Shown here piece after piece: positions 50,483 through 60,387 of a DNA stretch of 64,000 nucleotides. The translations under genes and the position numbers were made by a program. The stretch comes from a plasmid, in sequence record NZ_CP023526.1; one strand, 5' to 3'. A model generated the notes under the pieces. That model searched no databases, was not told where the DNA came from, and worked only from the letters and a program-made list of their open reading frames with translations. Each line of letters starts with the position of its first letter. The stretch's first letter is position 1.

Positions 50483-52495
50483 TCAATCATCCTGAGTTAT
50501 CAACCCCTCACCCCGTGAACGCCAGGTAGCCCTTACATAGTCCTGAAAATGATAACCCTCTCCTAAAATAAGATTATCTGCGTGGTCAGAGACTATCACC
50601 TGCGGGGTCACTCCAGTTTCTTCTCCTGTTTTTTCACAGAATTTTGCCAGTTGGATAAACATATTCGTTACCGCTTTCATGTCGTCATCCAGAATGTTTT
50701 CACGCCGGTTTTGTCTTGCAAGCTCTTTTGGCCTGAACTCATCCGCATCGTCCAGTGCCGCGGGGAAATAAACCTGCGTCGGTTGGTCTAAAAACAGAAT
50801 TGGTGGGATTTTACATCCTCTTTTGGAATGCGCCGCAAACTGATAATGTAAAGCCATGAAGAGCGCCAGATGCGAGTAAAGCCAGTTGGCTCCACTTCCC
50901 ATCGCGCGCAGATAAACACGATTTTTGGGATCCTGTTGATACCATAAATCGAACGTCTCAGTATCAAAACGGAGAGCCGAGGGCTTGTAGGTCTCTTCAA
51001 AATCGAAGAGATCACCATACTCACACATTTTGTCATTAATGCTGATTGAGAGCTCATGCAAACTACGTTCGACCTTAAATGCTTCCAGATGGCCTGAAAG
51101 CCGGATGATCTCAGCGCGCCAGTAGGCTTCCAGTTCGTCGAGATCTGTTACCGGTCTGTCCAGTTGCTCCTGGATCGCCAGCTCAAGCCGAATTTTAGCT
51201 TTTATTGCTTGTTCGTTTATCGAACCGCCGGCTTGGAGCCTGTGAAACTCTTCATCAAATGGCTCAATACTCTCCTGAATCAGGGAAAGGGAATCATTGA
51301 GGTCATCCAGCTCCTCCTCTAACTTCCGGCGTTCTCCTTCAAAGCTCTCACGCGCATACGTAGAGAATGCAAGCTCATCGTTCAACCATGTTATTGCCTC
51401 CGTAAGCTTGTTGACCTCTACGACGGGTAAAGAGTTTTCTGCTTTACACATCGGGCAATAGGCGTGAGACAACGTCGCGGAGTCGGGCAGATGGCTCTTG
51501 GACATACCTTGCGTGAATTGCATTGCAGAAGCTCTGGAATCTTTGATTAGCCTCAACTGACCCTGAACTTTCCGTTTTTTTCCCAGCACTTCAGCTCGCT
51601 CTTTCTCAAGCTTGTCTCTTTGCACTTCGATCTGATCAGAGAGGACATTCACGCTGACTGTGCTCCTGGAAATTTGTTCAAGCCACATGGCCGGATGGGC
51701 GTAGATGGCTTCACCCTGACCATCAATAAGTGGCTTACCCGTGAGGCTCAAATACTCTTTAAGGTAACGGTTATAGCGGTCGGTCAGTAAAGCTTTTCGT
51801 TGAGCCTGCTGTGGGATCTGACGCTGTACTCTGCCCAGTTCAAATTTAGCGAGCTCAAATTCTTTATGGAGATCAAAATAATCTTCATTCACCAGACCCA
51901 TCAGGATCTTGAAGTGCTTGATAGCCTGATCTCGTTTTTCCTTTTCGTCAAAGCGGTAAAAGATTGCGTGCTTATTAGCAATCAGATTCTGGTGCTGTAG
52001 CATAAATGAAGAAAAACTGCGCACGGTGGGAGTTGGGGATTTGTGTCGACCTGACGACAGCTTAAAGGGGGTCTCATCGACATTTCCCATGATTACGCCA
52101 AAATGCCGGCCCAGACTTTTTTTGAACGCGCTCAGAGGCATGTCCTGTTCAGAACCGAATAACGCGGCGGGGTCTTCTATAAGCGCTGACAGATGGTCGG
52201 GATCGACACCCGGGACATCAATCAAAAAGCATCGATCAGATTTCTTTTTTCTCGCGGCGATAACTGCATAGCGTGTGAACTGAAGCGCAATAAAAAACGT
52301 CTCTGCGCGTTCGGTGATAATCCCAATAGGTATCGTGTCTTCAGAACTACCCATGCAGTAATCGAAAATTTCGAGTAACGCGCTCTTTCCTGTTGAAGAC
52401 TTGCCTGTAATGACATTCAGTCCAGGTTTGAGACTCACTTTATGAATCTTATTTCGCGTATCTGCTACACCGATATATTTTACGAAGCATGTCAT
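50483..52495 (-). CDS. lmuB: Rad50/SMC-like ABC ATPase (LmuB-like, Lamassu / ABC-3C family)
   Basis: Walker A GKSSTGKSALL at N-terminus; long coiled-coil with CPMC zinc-hook-like motif (AYCPMCKAENS); C-terminal Walker B/D-loop ILFLDQPTQVYFP and H-loop VIVSDH. Last gene of a three-gene overlapping operon. Confidence 0.7.
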   Translation of the reverse strand: MTCFVKYIGVADTRNKIHKVSLKPGLNVITGKSSTGKSALLEIFDYCMGSSEDTIPIGIITERAETFFIALQFTRYAVIAARKKKSDRCFLIDVPGVDPDHLSALIEDPAALFGSEQDMPLSAFKKSLGRHFGVIMGNVDETPFKLSSGRHKSPTPTVRSFSSFMLQHQNLIANKHAIFYRFDEKEKRDQAIKHFKILMGLVNEDYFDLHKEFELAKFELGRVQRQIPQQAQRKALLTDRYNRYLKEYLSLTGKPLIDGQGEAIYAHPAMWLEQISRSTVSVNVLSDQIEVQRDKLEKERAEVLGKKRKVQGQLRLIKDSRASAMQFTQGMSKSHLPDSATLSHAYCPMCKAENSLPVVEVNKLTEAITWLNDELAFSTYARESFEGERRKLEEELDDLNDSLSLIQESIEPFDEEFHRLQAGGSINEQAIKAKIRLELAIQEQLDRPVTDLDELEAYWRAEIIRLSGHLEAFKVERSLHELSISINDKMCEYGDLFDFEETYKPSALRFDTETFDLWYQQDPKNRVYLRAMGSGANWLYSHLALFMALHYQFAAHSKRGCKIPPILFLDQPTQVYFPAALDDADEFRPKELARQNRRENILDDDMKAVTNMFIQLAKFCEKTGEETGVTPQVIVSDHADNLILGEGYHFQDYVRATWRSRGEGLITQDD

Positions 52496-52959
52496 AATGA
52501 TTTGAATCCTAACGTCCTGTAAATGGTAACGATATCCACTTCGGCGAACAAAATCGCCAGGCGGCTAGCAGCGGTTAAATGCACCGGATTAGCACCGCCT
52601 GTATCGACGGCGCGCAGAGATTTGACGGAAAGACTGTCAGTGATTTCGATACTTTCTGCCGTCTGGAGAAAAAGCAACGAGGCATGTGTGAGGGATTTAT
52701 TTTGCTGCACCAGGTGCGTCAAACCCAGCAGTCGCGACTGCTGGGAGCACATTGTTCTCAGACTGCTGGATCCCTTAGCATGAATCAGAAAAGTCTGCAT
52801 AGGAGGAGACAGCAGCATTGGGAGTACGAGATAACTCAGCAGCAGGTCTCGCTCACGTGAGGCATATTTTTCATAAAATTGGTGAAGACAGGGTGCAAGC
52901 AAAATAGGGGATCGCTGAAGCGTAAAGAGATGATTGATGGCCTTCGGTTTCATTCCCAC
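52492..52959 (-). CDS. small middle component (LmuC-like) of the three-gene ATPase cassette
   Basis: 155-aa helical protein; start overlaps the upstream stop by 10 nt and its stop overlaps the ATPase start (ATGA). Confidence 0.5.
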   Translation of the reverse strand: MGMKPKAINHLFTLQRSPILLAPCLHQFYEKYASRERDLLLSYLVLPMLLSPPMQTFLIHAKGSSSLRTMCSQQSRLLGLTHLVQQNKSLTHASLLFLQTAESIEITDSLSVKSLRAVDTGGANPVHLTAASRLAILFAEVDIVTIYRTLGFKSL

Positions 52960-54284
52960 AGCCTCCAGTGGAACTCTACGTCGCTATCCTCTGGTTCTTC
53001 ATCGGCAAGCAGGTGATAAATTCCATTCCGGAAAGTAGCGGGTGTTGAATTGTAACGGCTAAATACAGTAACGGCTTCACCCTGACGTTCGTAATAAAAA
53101 GCAAGGGACTCGTCCTTTAAGTCTTCCATCGAGGACTTTTTAAATTTAATCATGGCGCTCTTCCTTTTACTGAGATGGCGCCTTAGCTCACTGTCCCAGT
53201 ATTCATCAACTTCCCGCTGTGAGGTGTCGAAATTCTCAATTAGCTCATAGAGATATTTTTCTGCATGTAAAATGTCTCCCGCAGCCAGAACGACATCTCG
53301 CTCAGTGCCCCCAATTTCAGTCAGTTTTTGTACATAACGCTCATTGCTGACGTTCATTTTTGTGGCTTTGTCTTTGATTGCATTACTATCGATAATCGGA
53401 AACACTACCGTGCCATGCATGTAACGGCGGGTCAGCTCAGCAAATTTTTTATCAAACTCCCCGACCTTAAATTTCCACCCTTCCGTAATCTTGATTGCAT
53501 CTGTCATAAAACCAAACATATCGTTCAGAAAATCATTTTGTTTATTTGAAAGGATGCCCTTGAGGTAACGTTTCTTATATCTAGCTATCCGATCGTTCAG
53601 GCCTGGCTGCTCAGTCCAGATCCTGATTTTAGGCAGCAACTCAAGCAACAAATCACGCTTCTTCTCATCCATAATGGTACGTTGCTGGCGAACGGTTTTT
53701 GACGGCTCAGCAGGACGGGAGGCTTCTTTCTCGGCTGGCGGACGCTCATCTTTATTTTCTTCTTTACGCCTCTGTGCCTCAGTGAAACGGGCTTCTGAGC
53801 TTTTATGAATATCCGTCAGCACTTTCAGTCGATCATTGGCGGATAATTCATTCCAGCCATCAAAGGCGGTTCTTTCACTGTAAGGCTGCGTGGTCAGAAG
53901 GATAAGGTCCACGAACTGGGTATGATCAAAGTCCGGGTCAAGCCAGTTGTTAAGCGTATTCCAGAAGTTTTCATGTGAATCGGTCAATTCATCCGCGTAA
54001 TTTTTGACTTCTGTCTGTGACTTGCCAGGGATCGAAACATCTCCAAGCACTTCAATCCATAGCTCATCCCCATCCTCGAGGGCGTGGCAATGCTCGATGG
54101 CTACGTGGATCTGGTATACCATGGATTCAAAAAGTTTTGTCGCATCAACTTTTAGTTTTTTTGTCACACTTCTACCCCGGGTTGAATCCACTAACTTCAG
54201 AAAATTTCCGCGTTTTCTTAACATTGCCGGTGAGTTCTCTAATGGAGAAAATATCTGAGGCGAGTTATCTGATGCGGAAAACAC
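52950..54284 (-). CDS. lmuA: effector protein with N-terminal PD-(D/E)xK (Cap4/DUF4297-like) nuclease motif (LmuA-like)
   Basis: IEHCHALEDGDELWIEVLGDVSIPGKSQTEVKNY fits the D...ExK restriction-endonuclease-fold motif; Lys/Glu-rich linker; first gene of the operon, with an AT-rich promoter region upstream (54285-54560). Confidence 0.6.
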   Translation of the reverse strand: MFSASDNSPQIFSPLENSPAMLRKRGNFLKLVDSTRGRSVTKKLKVDATKLFESMVYQIHVAIEHCHALEDGDELWIEVLGDVSIPGKSQTEVKNYADELTDSHENFWNTLNNWLDPDFDHTQFVDLILLTTQPYSERTAFDGWNELSANDRLKVLTDIHKSSEARFTEAQRRKEENKDERPPAEKEASRPAEPSKTVRQQRTIMDEKKRDLLLELLPKIRIWTEQPGLNDRIARYKKRYLKGILSNKQNDFLNDMFGFMTDAIKITEGWKFKVGEFDKKFAELTRRYMHGTVVFPIIDSNAIKDKATKMNVSNERYVQKLTEIGGTERDVVLAAGDILHAEKYLYELIENFDTSQREVDEYWDSELRRHLSKRKSAMIKFKKSSMEDLKDESLAFYYERQGEAVTVFSRYNSTPATFRNGIYHLLADEEPEDSDVEFHWRLWE

Positions 54285-54859
54285 ACATCAATAAATGAGC
54301 CCCATTCCAGCGCCTCAACTATTTGCTTTTTGAGACAATGCCGCATTGATTTTTAAATAATGAAGTTTTTTTGTAAACAAAAATAGCCATGTCGGATTAA
54401 TCAAACTGCAAGAAAAATCATTTAACATATTTAAATCAATAACATAAAGAATACTAACAGCAGGATACCAACTTCCGCTCTTGGCACCGAAGAACAATAG
54501 AGAGAACCAAAACACATTGAAAACAAAATTAGCCCACTGATTAGCAGGCCTGAAGGTAACTAATTGTTGAACATATAGCTGCAGGATTTAACTGCTTCAC
54601 CATCTGTATTCATGACATCAACTGGTACCCGCTCATATTCTGCTCCCTCAAAATCATCCAGCACAATGCCTGGAAAGCCCATTTCTGCTCCCCAATCTTT
54701 ATTCAGAAGAGAGCCCACGACATGCCCCTCCTGCCATGTTCCACCAGTGTATTCAATAATATGTGCATTAGGACGACCAGGCCCTAGCGTGCCGTAAACT
54801 GGACTGCCCCACAGCCGTAGACATATCCAGTCCTCACGACGAGGCCTGTTCAAAGACCT

Positions 54860-55610
54860 CCGAACTTAATCCGTCGCATCCATACAGTTGGCATGCGGGG
54901 AATTAACGACGAAAAATACCGCCCTGGTGAATTTCGCGATACCGATGATGTGGTGAACGCCGACTATGGCGGCAACATCGTTCATCAGCTACCAGACACT
55001 GCCAGCCTGCAAGAATAGCATGTGATTTAGTGAACGACACAGCACACTACATTCACCCGCTGATAAAGGCCTGTGTTGTTCACTTCATTATCGCCCACTA
55101 GTCCACCTTCAGAGGCGGTAACGGGCGTATACGTCGTGGGCTGTTTTACTGGCATATGCTGAAATAAGAATATGACGTCTTTAAATACGTATCCAACAGC
55201 CTGCTACTGCATAACGGCCCGATTAAATACACTCACAATTACCAGCACACGGAAACCGATGATGTTGATCTGACATACTACCTTGAATATCAGATCAGTA
55301 TTATCCATCGGGCTACGACACGACTCTTACAGCATGTAAACGATCTGGTTTCCCACGTAGCCCGAACTGACCATTTTTGTATAAATCAGGAGCTTATAGC
55401 AGCTGGGTGGACGGTAAGTCACGCTCCTGAAAATCATTCGAGCGGAGCCTGATAAAAAATATTCGACAGCCCGTGATACGGAGGTCTAGGCGTATCAGGT
55501 AAGACTGCACGTAATGATCTGCGAACACTTGCGCGTGAAAATCTCTTAACTGAGATACCAGAGAATGACCAGAATACGATTTATAAGATATCCAGAGAAC
55601 AGCGTTAAGC
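54860..55610 (+). pseudogene. Fic/Doc-family protein gene remnant
   Basis: Several reading frames with stops; C-terminal segment GKTARNDLRTLARENLLTEIPENDQNTIYKISRE resembles the winged-helix tail of Fic proteins. No intact HPFx(D/E)GNGR motif. Confidence 0.35.
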
Positions 55611-55712
55611 TCTGGAACAAAAACTATCTCTGATCAATCATTACCATTCCATGGTAATTGATGCTGCTGGTTTCACATCCGCACCTGTCATTACCTGTCA
55701 ATTAAGCACAAT

Positions 55713-56993
55713 TCAACGCAAATGTGCGATCGTTTCAGGACTATCTTCAAAAATAAACGGATTGAGGAACACTCGGCCCCACAAGAAGTTGCGATCCACT
55801 TCGCTCAGTGACGCCTCACGACATACTTCTGCCCAGTTTTCGTGGACCGTACGGATGCTGTGTGTGATAATTTCAATCGCTTCCTGCTCACTCAGCAGAA
55901 ATTTAGCCGCCGCCGACAGACAAACTGCAAGATTGCTCTTTCGGTTTTCACCAATAATCAGCATTGCCTGCGTCGCTTCATTACCAGAACGCCCCTGGGG
56001 ACAAATATCATAGGCCGGTGTCAGACTCAGTTTGTTGCCATCCCAAAATGCGGCATGATTTCTGGCGTGATCGTCAGTGTTACCACTAATAATATTAAAA
56101 ACCAGACGCCCGAATAGTTCACGTAACGTCTCTTTAGGTGCATCAAAGCGCTGGCGAATAATATCCGTCAAATCCTCATAACTCGCATATCTTGCCATCA
56201 TCTCATCAAGACCAAAAATGGTCAGCGCAGAGACCATCAGGCGACGCTGCCAGCCTGTATGGCTTCGTATACGGTCAAAGCGTTCAATCAGTATGACGTC
56301 TTTACCCGCGGTATGTCGGAGAAGAACAGGTGCAACATTTAATCCAGCACAGGCAGCCAGTCGCATAGCGATATATTCAGCTTTAACAACATTATAAGTA
56401 TCTGTGGAAGAAGAAAACTTTGCGATAAATTTATGAGCCCCGGACTCTATCATTGCCTTTGGCCGCGCACCGCCTAATGAACTACCGTGAAAAAGCGCTT
56501 GTTCCAGTTCCGGAGTTAACGGTACTCCACTTTCAACCATTGATGCAGCCTGCATCAACTCTTCAAGAGATGCACTTTGGGACGCACGCGGCACATACTC
56601 CGTTGCGGAGCGCTGGAAGTCGAGTCCTCCAATCCTCTCTGAGCCAGATTCAAGCAAATATGTCAGTTCATCCAGTCTGTCAGGATCAGCGTCCCTGCCC
56701 TGAGCTCCCATCAGCCGGTTCAGAATGACTCGACGCCCCCAGGCATCCGGGGCAGCATCACGTAATGCACTCGCCTGCTGTAGACCTGGTGCGGGCAAAA
56801 TCGCACCCCGAACCAACGGGAGTTCTGGCTCATAGACAGGGATCGCATCTTCCCGTTCCAGGTAACTGCGCCCGTAGTTGAAAATAAATCTGTTGTCATC
56901 ACGAGTTAACACACCTGCGACAATCGGTTGAGTTGCCCCAGGCAACCAGATCCATACGTATGCCAGACCGGGGCTGTTATCAGAAGTCATCAT
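55713..56993 (-). CDS. hipA: HipA-family Ser/Thr kinase toxin
   Basis: GNTDDHARNHAAFW catalytic motif (cf. HipA GATDGHAKNFS) and IERFDR motif; 426 aa. Confidence 0.8.
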   Translation of the reverse strand: MMTSDNSPGLAYVWIWLPGATQPIVAGVLTRDDNRFIFNYGRSYLEREDAIPVYEPELPLVRGAILPAPGLQQASALRDAAPDAWGRRVILNRLMGAQGRDADPDRLDELTYLLESGSERIGGLDFQRSATEYVPRASQSASLEELMQAASMVESGVPLTPELEQALFHGSSLGGARPKAMIESGAHKFIAKFSSSTDTYNVVKAEYIAMRLAACAGLNVAPVLLRHTAGKDVILIERFDRIRSHTGWQRRLMVSALTIFGLDEMMARYASYEDLTDIIRQRFDAPKETLRELFGRLVFNIISGNTDDHARNHAAFWDGNKLSLTPAYDICPQGRSGNEATQAMLIIGENRKSNLAVCLSAAAKFLLSEQEAIEIITHSIRTVHENWAEVCREASLSEVDRNFLWGRVFLNPFIFEDSPETIAHLR

Positions 56994-57318
56994 TTATCAC
57001 CTTCTTAGAGTGATACACTGAGCGTGGCATCAGCGATAAAGTTTTCTCTGCATTTACGGTATGTAACGTCATCGATGCCTGATCGGGCGTAAAAAGTGAA
57101 ACACCAACTATGGTAGCCAGTTCAAATACCGCGCCAATTGCACACCCCATGTCCCCTTCTTCCGCACGATAAACGAGTCCACGCGATACCCCGGCACGTT
57201 CAGCCAGCTCTTCAACGGTCAGTTTACGTTCAATACGCGCTGTACGAATCATCAGCCCCAGTAGTCGTGCAGCATCTCGGCTATAACGAGAGTAGGTTCG
57301 AGTAGAGGGTTTTGCCAT
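56980..57318 (-). CDS. hipB: HipB-like XRE-family HTH antitoxin
   Basis: HTH_XRE (LTVEELAERAGVSRGLVYRAEEG); 14-nt overlap with the hipA start. Confidence 0.7.
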   Translation of the reverse strand: MAKPSTRTYSRYSRDAARLLGLMIRTARIERKLTVEELAERAGVSRGLVYRAEEGDMGCAIGAVFELATIVGVSLFTPDQASMTLHTVNAEKTLSLMPRSVYHSKKVINDDF

Positions 57319-57830
57319 TACAATCTCACTGTTCCATAAATAGAGCATTTCATATAAGTATATACTTTTTATAGAACAAAAAAATTATTTTCTTCAATGG
57401 TTCACTCAATTTGTTCCATAAAAAGATTCTTTCATTATTCTACGCTCTATTAATGGAACATGAAAATCTCGCGTTCTTGATACCCACCATTGAGTATTAC
57501 AACTGGCATGAGGGCGTCTGGTCTTACTAAGAGCTGAACAAATACGCTCCCCGGCGTGCTCCAGAAAAAATGACAGTAGTAGAGACACGGTTGAAGAGGT
57601 TGCTGGCTTTGACACTGATTCAAAACCCTGCTCCATTCAGAAACAGAATTCCGGCATGCTCTCCCCTGCACAGAAGTACTGCCAACAAAAACGGGATACC
57701 TCACCGAAGAGACTCATTGTCGATGTCCTCAAGCAGTCTGAGAGGGGAACTTCAGACTTCAGGAGGACAGGTGGTAGTTGGGGTTCTATTAAAAGACAAT
57801 CTGATCCCACATTCCCTTCTCTACAAGAAA

Positions 57831-58601
57831 TTATTTTGACTCTTCGATGCTGAAGGTATTCAAAACGCTAAGGACGTCCTGCGTGCACCACGACAGGTCT
57901 TCCTTGCTAAGAATGTCATCCACAACGTCCTCTTTGAACGGGATCACAAGCAAGAACGACGCTGGTTTTTCAGGGTTGGGGTCAATAAGTTTACCGCTGC
58001 TGACCCAATGTGCTTCCAGTCGGATATTCAGATCTAGCCAGTCAACGCCCTGCCGGTTTCTGTCCTTTTTAAGGGTGTAGAAGAATGCAGACTTTCCATT
58101 TGGCGTTGGATGATTATCCATCAGCATCAAAAGCAGAGGGATCCCCCACTCCGGTAGGTAGCGATAATGCCAGATCCCAAAGCTATCAGCTATTCTGATC
58201 AGACGTATGAACGATTTTTGATCTAGCTTTCCCTTTCCACCCCGCAATGAACGGCAGACGATCCAGGCCTTGCACAAGCTTTCAAACCTCATAAATTGAG
58301 CACGCCGGGTTCTGGCCAGTTCAGTTGTTGCAGTATTGTCGTTTCCGCCTAACCCGTGAAAACGGCGTGTTGCAGCACTTAATGGGCAAAACTCGCCATT
58401 CTCCGGGGGTGTTGAATGTGAAAATCTGGGGCGATACTCCGGGTTAGGCGTGACCAGTCCACTGTCATGTACAATTCTTTCACACGCGAGGCAGCGCAAT
58501 GCAGGGTAGTTATCACGTGAAAACCCTTTCACTTTTTGCCCAAAATCATCAATATGAATTTCAACCCAGCCAGACTTATCCAGAACTTCTGCTTTATCCA
58601 T
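57831..58601 (-). CDS. hypothetical protein, CoiA-like (N-terminal Zn-ribbon-like CxxC...H)
   Basis: YPALRCLACERIVHDSGLV...RPRFSH resembles the competence-protein CoiA family N-terminus (CPxC....HFAH). Stand-alone gene with AT-rich flanks. Confidence 0.35.
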   Translation of the reverse strand: MDKAEVLDKSGWVEIHIDDFGQKVKGFSRDNYPALRCLACERIVHDSGLVTPNPEYRPRFSHSTPPENGEFCPLSAATRRFHGLGGNDNTATTELARTRRAQFMRFESLCKAWIVCRSLRGGKGKLDQKSFIRLIRIADSFGIWHYRYLPEWGIPLLLMLMDNHPTPNGKSAFFYTLKKDRNRQGVDWLDLNIRLEAHWVSSGKLIDPNPEKPASFLLVIPFKEDVVDDILSKEDLSWCTQDVLSVLNTFSIEESK

Positions 58602-60177
58602 AATTCATGTCCTTATATCAGATCGATATCATACAAACATACCCGACTAAACGCGGAGAGCGTCGCCAGAGTCAGTTAACCGACAGCCCGTTGTTAGTAC
58701 ACCGTACCAAATCACTATTCCTGAAAATTTGACAAAGAAGCAAATCCGCGCTGCATGCCCCCTTCCCCGCTATAGGTAGCTTGATCTGCTGGGAAGCGCC
58801 CAATTATAGGCTCAAAAGCGAGAGCACTATGGTTCGTCAGGATAATTTCAGACGACAACAGATCATGTAATCTGGCAGGGAATATTGCTGGCTGATGCAG
58901 CTGACCGGAATAGAGATGCACGTCCAGACCTGTTCAGATTTCTGGAGTGCGTGTGCGTTACACAGCAGTGTGGGCCTTTGTATTCACCCGGTAGCATCCT
59001 GCTCTTATTTATTGGGGCCAGGACCTCTTGTACATCGCCACCTTCATGAGACTCCTCAGTGAAATGTGTTCTGGTGTGCAGTAGATCCTTTTTGACCTCG
59101 TGTCATCCCCGTTAGTAGATGTCGCAACCGCATGCCAGGACACAGGCCGTTGCGGTCACTCAAAACAGAGCCTGCACAGCACATCGCCCCGTTGGCCTTG
59201 GACATATTACCTTCTGCCGTAATGACAAAAGATTTGCCCGGCATGTTGCCAGTGACTGCCACTTCTTTATGACAGCCTGGTGACACAAGCCCGTAAACAC
59301 CACCAACGGCAGACCTGGCAAAACACGTATTATTATTTCCGCCCATCAGAGAGAAAAGTCTGATTATTGCGGCATTACAGAGATGGAAATTATCATTTAG
59401 CCCCTGGACATGGGATAGTCTGGAGCCGTATTTGGTATGTCACGCAAAAGCCGTCGATGGTCCCTGATTTATCGATGGCAGCCGGGTCCTGATTGTTGTT
59501 GCGAAAAATAAAGCAATAACATGAGACGTAGCGCCAGCTCGGATTTGCACAAGAAATACCACCACAGGCCGTGTGCTGGCGATAGCCAAATGTGGGCACC
59601 ATCACACCACGACGATCGCACAGTTGGTATCTGTAAAATTAGCGTCCTGTCGAGAAAAGTGCTGGTAAAACATCACGCTTGTCAGCTGCAGCTGACAAGC
59701 GATGAGGCACAGGTCTACATCCTGAGTGTTACCCTTTCGGCCATGGTGGGCACACGGGGTACATTGTGGCAGAGAGCAGAGGGTTTCAGGACGTCTCTCG
59801 TGTCTGTTATCCTCCGCAGGAATGCAGTCCGCAGTTCTGAGGCATGCGAACAGAGAACATCCACTGCAGTGAGTACGTTATGCTTTTCGGGAAAATGAAC
59901 CCTCTGGATGTCAGATGTGCACCTTCCCCGTCAGAAGAAGGGCCAGAAATTTATGCAGTCTCAAACAAATGAGTCGGATACCAGCCGCATACACCTGTGC
60001 TTGCCAGCGTTTGAAATCAGGGATGTTTATCACAAGAAAATACTAGTGATGCGTTATCGTTGAAGGGAGGTATGGTGATTATCATCTTTACCATGTTTTT
60101 AATACTAACGTTTTACCATCTGCCGTGATTTATCTTAACGCTGGTAGTGCTGCCCTATTGCAAAACGGAGCCGTCTC

Positions 60178-60264
60178 ATGAAAATACTCGCCATCATTTT
60201 TTTCACCATCACCCTTTTGCTGTTTGCAGCATTGATGCTGGCGTTTGCTCGTCGGGCACGTTAG
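60178..60264 (+). CDS. small hydrophobic peptide (28 aa), candidate small membrane protein / type-I-toxin-like
   Basis: MKILAIIFFTITLLLFAALMLAFARRAR; GGAG 9 nt upstream; single TM helix with a basic C-terminus. Confidence 0.4.
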   Translation: MKILAIIFFTITLLLFAALMLAFARRAR

Positions 60265-60306
60265 CAACTGGCAAAGCAATCGAGTAGATAAAAGGAAGTT
60301 GGGAAT

Positions 60307-60387
60307 ATGGAACATCGAATTATGATCATGTATGCGCTGGTGATTGTCCTGGGGATCATCTGGGCGGATGACAGCAGGAAAAAATGA
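60307..60387 (+). CDS. small hydrophobic peptide (26 aa)
   Basis: MEHRIMIMYALVIVLGIIWADDSRKK; AGGAAG upstream; 43 nt downstream of the previous peptide ORF. Confidence 0.4.
   Translation: MEHRIMIMYALVIVLGIIWADDSRKK

Noticed and set aside
54560-54853. 97-aa minus ORF upstream of the Fic-like remnant
   Set aside because: No motif, odd termination, and the overlapping context is a decayed gene region; cannot support as a gene.
59056-59346. Cys/Gly-rich 96-aa minus ORF that vaguely resembles a PAAR domain
   Set aside because: Similarity to PAAR repeats is weak and there is no downstream Rhs/effector body; flanking ORFs are short and overlapping, so it is probably non-coding.
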